Shown piece after piece: positions 50,359 through 57,941 of a stretch of 64,000 nucleotides of DNA (positions are counted from its first letter, which is position 1; each line of letters starts with the position of its first letter). Source of the stretch: Nitrosopumilus sp. (lineage in GTDB: Archaea > Thermoproteota > Nitrososphaeria > Nitrososphaerales > Nitrosopumilaceae); assembly GCA_965205215.1 (NCBI GenBank), contig OZ242041.1, positions 384,001 through 448,000 on the forward strand, in the 5' to 3' direction. Position numbers and translations under genes: made by a program. The notes under the pieces are model-generated. The model was not told the origin of the DNA. It saw only the letters and a list, made by a program, of their open reading frames with translations, and made no database searches.

Positions 50359-51204
50359 TGACAGCGCAAACTCGCTGACTATGCGCCCGTGCACGGCGCC
50401 GTTTGTGGCCAAGATACCATGCCTGTGGTGGACGTCCTCGTTGTTGTACGTGAGGTCGCGCCCGCGCACGTCGGTCATCGTTCCACCGGCCTCCGTTATG
50501 ATGCAGTACGACGCGGCCGTGTCCCACTCCTTTATCCTGTCGGTGGTCGTAATGTACGCCTCGGCCTGGCCGGAGCTTATCATCCCGACCTTGAGGGAGC
50601 TTCCTATACTCACAAACTCCTTTACCCCGAGCCCGGCTATGAACCCCCTTTCCTGGTCCGTGAGGTGGTGCCTTGAGCCGACCATCCTGCACTCGGACAG
50701 CGCGGACGTGTCCGTCACCGCGATCCTCCTCCAGCCCTCCGCGTCATGGCAGAACGCGCCCCGGCCTTTCTGCGCGACAAATATGGTGTTGTCGGTGGGC
50801 CGCAGTATGACACCCAGCACGGGCCTCTTTTCTTTTATGAGCGCCACCATTATGGTAAACTCGCCGGTCCTGTCTATAAAGTCGGACGTGCCGTCGAGCG
50901 GGTCCACTATCCACACCGTCTCTGATCCCGTTCTGTCCGCGCGCAGGATCCACCGGTCCGCGTCTTCCTCGGACAGTATCGCGTGCCCCGTCTTTGACAG
51001 CAGCTCTGTCAGTATTCTGTGGCTTGCAAGATCGGCCTCCGTGACAGGCGAGCCGTCCTCCTTCTTCTCGGAGCCGCCGGCGTTCTTGCGGTATATGTCG
51101 AGGACCACGGCGCCCGCACTGGTTACTGCCTCGAGCGCGGCGCCGAGCTCCGGGGCCGCATCTTTTATCGGCGGCGGATCCGGCGCCAGCACAGGCCGGC
51201 TCAT
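50329..51204 (-). CDS. cysQ: 3'(2'),5'-bisphosphate nucleotidase
   Basis: SPVTEAD, LSEE, VDPLDGT, GSSLK, EWDTAA. Confidence 0.92.
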   Translation of the reverse strand: MSRPVLAPDPPPIKDAAPELGAALEAVTSAGAVVLDIYRKNAGGSEKKEDGSPVTEADLASHRILTELLSKTGHAILSEEDADRWILRADRTGSETVWIVDPLDGTSDFIDRTGEFTIMVALIKEKRPVLGVILRPTDNTIFVAQKGRGAFCHDAEGWRRIAVTDTSALSECRMVGSRHHLTDQERGFIAGLGVKEFVSIGSSLKVGMISSGQAEAYITTTDRIKEWDTAASYCIITEAGGTMTDVRGRDLTYNNEDVHHRHGILATNGAVHGRIVSEFALSSDQAAAAEK

Positions 51205-51419
51205 GTCGTCAGCTCCGGCTTTAGCGTCCAGACCACGCCCAGGACGACGAACGGTATCGACATGACGCCCACGATGCCAAGTATGGTATTGAACTGTGAC
51301 TCGGAGACCTCCGGGTTGTTTACGATCCAGGGCAGCGGCAGGGTTATGATTACCCATATGATTCCCAAGAGTATGATCAGCTTGGCCTTTGCCTTTCTGT
51401 TCATCATGCGACTTGGCAT
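51201..51419 (-). CDS. Small two-TM hypothetical protein
   Basis: Two hydrophobic helices; overlaps cysQ start. Confidence 0.7.
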   Translation of the reverse strand: MPSRMMNRKAKAKLIILLGIIWVIITLPLPWIVNNPEVSESQFNTILGIVGVMSIPFVVLGVVWTLKPELTT

Positions 51420-51726
51420 GGCCCTGCCGTAATAAATGTCGGAGTGCGGGGACCTCGCAGGCCCGGGGCGGCCGTTCCACACCCCTTTCAGGCCGGCCGC
51501 CCAGATCCGTCTTGGCGGGCATCGGAGTTCCGGAATTCGCGCGTGGCGCGCCAAGGGGTGAACGGCCTCATTCAGGTCCCTGCGATCTGTCCCTGTCACT
51601 GCGTCCTCCGTTCCTGCCGGCGTGATGGTATGCCTGCAAAAATGATGCAATTTTTTCTAAAAACAACCCTAAAAAATATGAGATGGTGGAAAAAATGTTA
51701 AATACCCAGATTTACTAGTTAGATTG

Positions 51727-51855
51727 ATGCCGATGGATGCAAGTTCTATCGACTGACGGCGCGTAACCCCGCAGAACGAAATGGCCAAGGGACTTGGTTT
51801 CCCGAACGGAGAGGAAATCTCTCATTGTTCTGTAGCAGAGGGGTTGCGCCACCCC
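51727..51855 (+). ncRNA. Candidate structured non-coding RNA (about 130 nt)
   Basis: TTAAATA box at 51698; hairpin 51731-51751; closing stem 51758-51770/51840-51850 enclosing a multibranch junction. Confidence 0.55.
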
Positions 51856-51860
51856 TTATC

Positions 51861-52400
51861 TTAATTCTCATACAGGTATACGGACACAGAGCCCAGCGTG
51901 TCGCCGTGGGGATCTATCGTAATGGAGACCGTGCCGCCGTCCTGTATGACTATGTGCTTTTGTCCCAAATACTCCCACGTATAGTACTCTCCAAGAAGCG
52001 CCTCGTGCTTGGTTCCCTCCAGCACAAAGTCCTCGCGGTACTCTGGATCACCGCCGCCTTCCAGCGTAATGGAGAGGATCTCGGGACTGCTCCCGTTTGG
52101 CACAAAGTCAAACGCGTACTGGCCTCCGGGCGCCTCAAACGAGTCGGTGTACACGCCGCCCGAGTACATGCCGGGCTCTGCCAACCTGACGTGAAAGACC
52201 TCGCCCCCGCCGTCCCGGGGCGCGCCGATGCCGGGCTCCGTTTCCTCTTCTGGTACGAGCGTCCCCACAATCAGGCCTGCCGCCAGCAGTACCACTATCA
52301 CGACAAGTGCAGTCTTTGCGCGGCTCAAGGCTGCGCGGTATCCGGCGCCCGGAGGTAAAAGCCTGCCGATTGGCCTTGACGAATTCTGCACCGCCGGCAC
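51861..52400 (-). CDS. Membrane-anchored hypothetical protein
   Basis: N-terminal TM helix, beta-rich domain; start uncertain. Confidence 0.7.
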   Translation of the reverse strand: MPAVQNSSRPIGRLLPPGAGYRAALSRAKTALVVIVVLLAAGLIVGTLVPEEETEPGIGAPRDGGGEVFHVRLAEPGMYSGGVYTDSFEAPGGQYAFDFVPNGSSPEILSITLEGGGDPEYREDFVLEGTKHEALLGEYYTWEYLGQKHIVIQDGGTVSITIDPHGDTLGSVSVYLYEN

Positions 52401-52458
52401 GGCCCTGCACCGGCCGTCGTCCGCACGGGGTTAAATACTAACTTTGAGACAGGGGTCA

Positions 52459-53139
52459 ATGGCAAACTTCCAGAAGACCTGGTCGAGGCAGGAGACGCCA
52501 ACCATATCCGAAAGGATAGGGTCCGTCGTCAGGCCGAAGGGCCCGCTCAAGCCCCGCATACGGGACGCGACAAAGATGCTAAAGCCGCAGATCAGGAAAC
52601 TGGACTCTATGCTTGGAAGCTTGCAGAAGCGGGATGCCGCGCTGTTCCAGAGGGTCGTTGACGCCGTACAGAAGAACGATCAGCAGACCAGCAAGATCCT
52701 CGGCAACGAACTGGCCGAGATACGCAAGGTTACAAAGGTGCTGGGTGGGGCCAGGACCGCACTGGAGCGTATCGAGCTGCGCCTTACCACGTGCAGCGAC
52801 CTCGGGGACACGGTAGTCACTATAATGCCGACGGTAGCCCTGATGAAGAACATAAAGTCGTCTCTGGGCAAGGTCATGCCGGGGGCAGAGCAGGAGCTGA
52901 CGCAGATGGCCGAGATGCTCGACGGGTTAATGACGGAGAGCTTTGCGGGAGACGCTGCGTTTGGAACGGACTCGGTGACCAGTGCGGAGACAGACGAGAT
53001 ACTAAAGGAGGCCGCAGCCATAGCGGGGACCTCGACAGGACAGATGTTCCCCTCGGTGCCGACCCAGACGCAGGGTGTGTCCACTGCGGCAGCAGCGTCA
53101 TCGCCTGCAGCAGCTCCCAACCGGCACTTTAACCCGTAG
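52459..53139 (+). CDS. CdvB-like ESCRT-III (Snf7 family) protein
   Basis: LKPRI, ELAEIRKV, RLTTCSDLGD, MPGAE; paralogue of 1071-1739. Confidence 0.9.
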   Translation: MANFQKTWSRQETPTISERIGSVVRPKGPLKPRIRDATKMLKPQIRKLDSMLGSLQKRDAALFQRVVDAVQKNDQQTSKILGNELAEIRKVTKVLGGARTALERIELRLTTCSDLGDTVVTIMPTVALMKNIKSSLGKVMPGAEQELTQMAEMLDGLMTESFAGDAAFGTDSVTSAETDEILKEAAAIAGTSTGQMFPSVPTQTQGVSTAAAASSPAAAPNRHFNP

Positions 53140-53234
53140 CCGACGAGCGCATACGGGCTACTCTCTCACACACGCACACGGTGGGCCGACGCCGTGCGGC
53201 ACCCATGTTCGGAGTGGCGACGGCTGCCCTGATG

Positions 53235-53741
53235 CTAGTCTGTAAATTCAGAGGCTGCCCCCGCCGAGGCCTCCTTTGTTCCCTTTATCTTCCTGACCCT
53301 GTCGCCCTCTTCTTCTATGACCTGGTCGATTCCGGCAAGCTTGTTTCTGAGGTTGTTGATTATGGCGCCCACCTCGTCGGCCTCCTCCTCGACCTCCCTC
53401 CTCTTGAGGGCCAGCTTTGTGATCCCGGCGCTCTCGTCCTCTATGTACTCGTTGACCTTTTGGAGCTTTTCCTTGAGGTTCTTGATGTCGACTGACTCGT
53501 CCTCTATGTCCTTTTCAAGCAGGGTGCGCTTGTCCTTGAGGTTCTTTATCATGACCCCGACATAGTCGATGGCCTCCTCGAGCCTTGCACGTTTGTCCAT
53601 CAGGTCCCCGATTCCTATGCGCCCGCCCGGGGCAGTCGGCGCCTCTACGACCGTCCCCTCGCTTGGCGGCCCGGCACTGTTCTCTTCTACTGCTGCCATC
53701 TCCACTTCTCCCTTCCCTTCCCTTCTGAATCTATTAAACAT
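53235..53741 (-). CDS. Coiled-coil hypothetical protein
   Basis: Long heptad pattern; start codon lies 10 bp from the transposon end. Confidence 0.78.
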   Translation of the reverse strand: MFNRFRREGKGEVEMAAVEENSAGPPSEGTVVEAPTAPGGRIGIGDLMDKRARLEEAIDYVGVMIKNLKDKRTLLEKDIEDESVDIKNLKEKLQKVNEYIEDESAGITKLALKRREVEEEADEVGAIINNLRNKLAGIDQVIEEEGDRVRKIKGTKEASAGAASEFTD

Positions 53742-53795
53742 TACAATCAGCGGTTCTAGTGCAAATTCGGGAGCTGGGCACGGCGTGATCTTCTT

Positions 53796-53981
53796 TCAAA
53801 CCTGCCGACCTGCTTCCTGCTTCAAGTATTCCCTGACCCATCGCTCCGCCTCGGCCTTGGGCGGATTGCCCTCCCGCGATATGCAGTATATGGCAAAATC
53901 GGCAAGTTGGTCGCCGTCAAGTCCTAATTTCCTTCCGCGCTCCACGAATGCCCTTACCGTACTCTTTTGACCACGGTTCAT
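53796..53981 (-). CDS. Small hypothetical cargo protein (61 aa)
   Basis: MNRGQKSTVRAFVERG...; TATA-like ATTAAGTA about 25 bp upstream. Confidence 0.55.
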   Translation of the reverse strand: MNRGQKSTVRAFVERGRKLGLDGDQLADFAIYCISREGNPPKAEAERWVREYLKQEAGRQV

Positions 53982-54021
53982 GCAGTGATACAAGGCGGCC
54001 GCTACTTAATCGTATCATGTG

Positions 54022-54108
54022 CGCGGGGGGCGGGACTTGAACCCGCGGTTCACGGGGTGTGAAATGTGTTTCGTAGACACACGCTCTACCAAGCTGAGCG
54101 ACCCCCGC
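54022..54108 (-). tRNA. Atypical tRNA with anticodon ACG (Arg) and long variable arm
   Basis: Cloverleaf GCGGGGG-TC-GCTC/AGCTTGGTA/GAGC-G-TGTGT/CTACGAA/ACACA-18-nt V arm-GCGGG/TTCAAGT/CCCGC-CCCCCGC-G; all four stems fully Watson-Crick. Confidence 0.85.
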
Positions 54109-54195
54109 AAAACTTTTTATCACTATGTGGCGTATGAATGATACGGTTGCCGCTGTAGACACGAATACGGGGTGTGGGCGGTATCCGTATCACAT

Positions 54196-55125
54196 TCAAA
54201 CCCGCTGATCGGTGGCAATCAGGTATAGACTGCTGTTCTGAATGATGGTCTTCCACTTGTTGCGGCCCTCGGTGTGTATGCCTGCCGCCTCTGCCGGGGT
54301 CTTGCAGATTGAGTCATGCTTGCGCACGTGGTTATAGTGAACCTTCATGCCGTCAAACACCGGGGTGTGCGGACTCCGCAGGCCCCGAAACGTCTTCTCC
54401 CTATCACGAATAGTACCGTTCAGGCGCTCCATCTTGTTGTTGGACGGGTGGAAGTTGGCCCCGCTTGTCTTGCCGCTTGGGCCTATGCGCTTGCTCCTGA
54501 TTCCGGCATCACACTTGTGGTATGTCTTGTTGCCAAAGATTTTGCGGGCCGCCTTCTGGTACGCGGGCAGCTTGTCGGTGATCAGCACCGTAGGGTTCTT
54601 GCCACCTGCCGCCTTTTTGGTCATGCGAAATATGTTGTCCGCATCGTGCTTGTCCTTTGAATCCGCAAGCTCGCCCGCCAGCCAGTATCTGGTATCATCA
54701 TCCATCGTGGCAAACAGGTAGTGCTTCCTGCCGTCCACCTTGACCCACACCTCGTCCCCGCGATACCACTTGCCCACGTCGGGGGTGAGGCTGTCAGTGT
54801 ACAAAGAGGCAATCTTGGAGTATCGGTCAACCCACCTTCGTATGGTCGAATCATCAACGTCAATGCCGCGTGCCTCGAACAGGTCGGCGACCGCGTAAGA
54901 GCTCATCCCTGAATAGTAGAGATGGATTGCCTCGCTTACGATTGCCGGATCAAACTGCCTGTACCGGAATCCAAAGTTTGCAGTAAACGCCTTGCCGCAC
55001 GCGTTGCATTTGTACCTCTGAACCGAGCCGTTCTTGTTCTTGCGGACGCCGCGCCTCTTGATTTTATCGGAGCGGCAGAACTTGCAGAATGTAATGACAT
55101 CATGGGAGTCAATGTGAGTGCTCAT
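54196..55125 (-). CDS. DDE transposase, IS6-like with N-terminal zinc ribbon
   Basis: CKFC..QRYKCNAC, HTH STIRRWV, GDEVWV / LITDK / NNKMER triad, KTPAEAAG. Confidence 0.9.
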   Translation of the reverse strand: MSTHIDSHDVITFCKFCRSDKIKRRGVRKNKNGSVQRYKCNACGKAFTANFGFRYRQFDPAIVSEAIHLYYSGMSSYAVADLFEARGIDVDDSTIRRWVDRYSKIASLYTDSLTPDVGKWYRGDEVWVKVDGRKHYLFATMDDDTRYWLAGELADSKDKHDADNIFRMTKKAAGGKNPTVLITDKLPAYQKAARKIFGNKTYHKCDAGIRSKRIGPSGKTSGANFHPSNNKMERLNGTIRDREKTFRGLRSPHTPVFDGMKVHYNHVRKHDSICKTPAEAAGIHTEGRNKWKTIIQNSSLYLIATDQRV

Positions 55126-55354
55126 ACTGCACGCCTCCCACGAATTATAAGAGAGAAAATGAAGGAGTGCTCAGAGTAACAGGCTCTCGTCATTGGCCCT
55201 GTCCGGCCTTTGACTCCTTTTTTCATCATCGCACTTGACTTCATTATACTACCTATGGATATAACAGAATATAAGTGTTGGGTGTATTGGGTAGTATAAC
55301 TATTAGTGGCAAAAAGTAGTATAATGTTATATAGGGTGTCTGAGATGTTATGGT

Positions 55355-55585
55355 ATGGGATCACGTAATCTGAAGACCATCAAGGGCAAGCCGTATCTTT
55401 ACTATGTCATATCCAAGGATGGAAAAAAGAAGGCGATCTACTGCGGGCTGGCATCAAATCACGAATCCGAGAAAAAGGCGCTTGTGCTGGAGCTTGAGGA
55501 AACATCATCGCGTATAAAGTCACTTGAGCTAAAGGCCGTTGAGATAAAATCCAAGCTGGAGGCCTTGCCGGAGGTGCAATCGTGA
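55355..55585 (+). CDS. Small basic putative DNA-binding protein with coiled-coil tail
   Basis: KTIKGKPYLYY..KDGKKKAIYCG beta-hairpin pattern typical of mobile-element proteins; AT-rich promoter. Confidence 0.65.
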   Translation: MGSRNLKTIKGKPYLYYVISKDGKKKAIYCGLASNHESEKKALVLELEETSSRIKSLELKAVEIKSKLEALPEVQS

Positions 55586-55681
55586 TACCGCCAAGCACAC
55601 CTACCGCCAAGCACACCTACCGCCAAGCACACCTACCGCCAAGCACACCTACCGCCAAGCACACCTACCGCCAAGCACACC
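55586..55681 (+). repeat. Perfect tandem repeat, 6 x 16 bp TACCGCCAAGCACACC
   Basis: Units start at 55586, 55602, 55618, 55634, 55650 and 55666; no spacers. Confidence 0.97.
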
Positions 55682-55789
55682 ATAGTTAGCGGGGGGCGAC
55701 CACCATGTCACATATCCAGCAATAGGGGCGCTATAAGTCCACCGGGGGCGGCCTGACTGCCGCCCAAGCCTAACTGGGCCAACCGTACC

Positions 55790-57013
55790 ATGTGGACTGG
55801 TGACAATCTGGACATTATGCGCGGCATGAACTCCGACTCGGTAGATCTCATTTACTTGGATCCTCCCTTTAACAGCAACAAGACATACGAGGCCCCAGTC
55901 GGCTCGGAAGCGGCGGGCGCGGCCTTCAAGGACACGTGGACATTGAGTGATCTTGACATTGCATGGCACGGCTATCTGGCAGACAAGGAGCCCGCCCTGT
56001 ATTCGACAATAGGTACGGCCCGCAGTACGCACGGCAAGTCTATGATGTCATACCTGATCATGATGGGCGTCCGACTTATTGAAATGCGACGCTTGTTAAA
56101 ATCTACGGGTTCAATCTATCTGCACTGCGATCCGACCGCATCACATTATCTCAAGATAGTTATGGATTCGATATTTGGTCATAAGAATTTTAGGAACGAA
56201 ATAGTGTGGTGTTATACTGGGCCCGGCTCTCCAAAAATGCGTCAATTTAACCGTAAACATGACACCTTGTTTTGGTATGTAAAAGGTGAAACGTGGACTT
56301 TTAACACCGATGCAGTGCGCATCAAACATCATGGAAAGACCAAAGAAAATTTTAAGGATGGATTGCGCGGTTCAGGATTCGTAGAAGGAAAATATGGTTT
56401 AGCAGAAGGCAAAGTACCTGAATCTTGGTGGGTTCAAGAGAAAGGCAACGGCTTTGCCATTGCTGCACGACAAAAACATCAATATGTCGGTTACCCTACC
56501 CAAAAACCACTGGCTCTACTAGAGCGAATAATCAAGGCGTCCAGCAATGAGGGTGACGTGATACTCGACCCCTTCTGCGGGTGCGCAACCGCCTGCGTGG
56601 TCGCGGAGCGCCTAAACAGGCAGTGGGTCGGCATCGACCTGTCATCAATGGCGCTTAAACTTGTCAGAAAGAGAATCAAGGAGAGTATCGGCATGTTCGC
56701 ATACGACATAGCAGAACGCGACGACATTCCCAAACGGACGGATCAGGGCAAGATCCCGAATTACCGCACGCACAAGCACGAGCTGTATGGCAGGCAGGAG
56801 GGCATGTGCGTGTGTGGCCAACATTTTCCGTTCAGGAATTTTACCGTAGACCACATCGTCCCGCAGAGCAAGGGCGGCACGGATCACGCAGACAACCTCC
56901 AACTACTATGCGGTGCCTGCAACAGCCTCAAGGGCAACAGGGAGCAGGCATACCTCATTGCCAAACTCAAGGAGAATGGGATCGATGCACTCATGCCCCC
57001 GATACGGGCCTGA
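55790..57013 (+). CDS. Beta-class adenine DNA methyltransferase fused to a C-terminal HNH endonuclease
   Basis: YLDPPF, YPTQKP, LDPFCGC; C-terminal CVC...VDHIVP.SKGG...NLQLLC..CN..KG. Confidence 0.9.
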   Translation: MWTGDNLDIMRGMNSDSVDLIYLDPPFNSNKTYEAPVGSEAAGAAFKDTWTLSDLDIAWHGYLADKEPALYSTIGTARSTHGKSMMSYLIMMGVRLIEMRRLLKSTGSIYLHCDPTASHYLKIVMDSIFGHKNFRNEIVWCYTGPGSPKMRQFNRKHDTLFWYVKGETWTFNTDAVRIKHHGKTKENFKDGLRGSGFVEGKYGLAEGKVPESWWVQEKGNGFAIAARQKHQYVGYPTQKPLALLERIIKASSNEGDVILDPFCGCATACVVAERLNRQWVGIDLSSMALKLVRKRIKESIGMFAYDIAERDDIPKRTDQGKIPNYRTHKHELYGRQEGMCVCGQHFPFRNFTVDHIVPQSKGGTDHADNLQLLCGACNSLKGNREQAYLIAKLKENGIDALMPPIRA

Positions 57014-57094
57014 TTTTTTTGTGCCTATATCACGAATCTGCAATAGTATTCTTTCTTGCCCGTTTATATTGCATCTACGCCCACGTATGACGTG

Positions 57095-57457
57095 ATGTTC
57101 GAAAGCAAAATCTCCGACGACTATGACGACAGACCCATCCCGGACAGCGTACCGATAGGCACGTTGGCGTACAGGTGGTGCCAGCATAGTGGCAATAGAG
57201 AGGCCATACACTACTCGTTCAAGCGATGGTCATTTCCGGGGGACTATGACGAGGATGAACTGAACAGGGCCATAGACGAGTCCCTTGCAAAGTATCCGGA
57301 GGCCCTAAGGGCATTCCTCGAACGCAAGAAAGACGTCGAGGATGATGGGAATCTCATGTGCAGCTATCCGGCAGAGGATCCCACGCGCACGGACGATTCA
57401 GATAGCAGTGCCTCGCAACCGAATTCTCAACAGTACCGTCCCTTGAACACTTATTAA
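57095..57457 (+). CDS. Acidic hypothetical cargo protein
   Basis: TTTATAT box about 26 bp before ATG; open frame to TAA. Confidence 0.6.
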   Translation: MFESKISDDYDDRPIPDSVPIGTLAYRWCQHSGNREAIHYSFKRWSFPGDYDEDELNRAIDESLAKYPEALRAFLERKKDVEDDGNLMCSYPAEDPTRTDDSDSSASQPNSQQYRPLNTY

Positions 57458-57941
57458 CTGACATGCAGGCAAAAGAACGGGGGCGCGATTATCTCTACCC
57501 ATTCTAGAGACGTCGCATTGTCACGGCTTATCGGCCCCCAATTTTCATAATGCGTCTTCATGTTCTGACGCCGTGCCTAGCTCCCGAATTTGCACTAGAA
57601 CCCAATCAGCCCCGGCCGCTTGGCATAAAAAGATAGGCCCCGGCACCGCCCCCGCGCGGGCATCGCGCACCTGCATAACGGTCGGAAACTAGATTGTCCG
57701 GTGCAGTCCAGAACCACCGTCCGGCCCGAGAAAATGCCCGTCCCTCTCATGCCCCTAAAGCATGGCGGTGCACATATTTTCAATTACTGGGTCGTATGGA
57801 CCAAGCCCGGCGCATCTCACGACCCGGGCGTATGTGAAGGGCCGTCTCGGCGTGTGGCGGCGGCCGCAGCAGCAGCGTGTCGGTAGGAGCACGCCGCCGC
57901 CGATCTCAAGATATAAAAAGTGGATTTCCAAGTCGGCAGGC

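Larger units (their letters stand above)
53752..57602. mobile_element. IS6-like cargo-carrying transposon, 3851 bp
   Basis: 35-bp TIR GGTTCTAGTGCAAATTCGGGAGCT(G/A)GGCACGGCGT at 53752-53786 and 57568-57602 (1 mismatch); 8-bp TSD CAATCAGC (53744-53751 / 57603-57610); lower GC than host. Confidence 0.93.

Noticed and set aside
51750-51800. Hammerhead ribozyme (CTGACG...GAAA)
   Set aside because: Core is not CUGANGA and the flanking stems do not fit the topology
54022-54108. Intron-containing tRNA-Val(CAC), or an att site of an integrated virus
   Set aside because: No 5' strand pairs around TTCACAC, no clear BHB motif, no duplicated tRNA 3' end and no tyrosine integrase
55586-55681. CRISPR array
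   Set aside because: Units are contiguous, only 16 bp, have no spacers, and there are no cas genes
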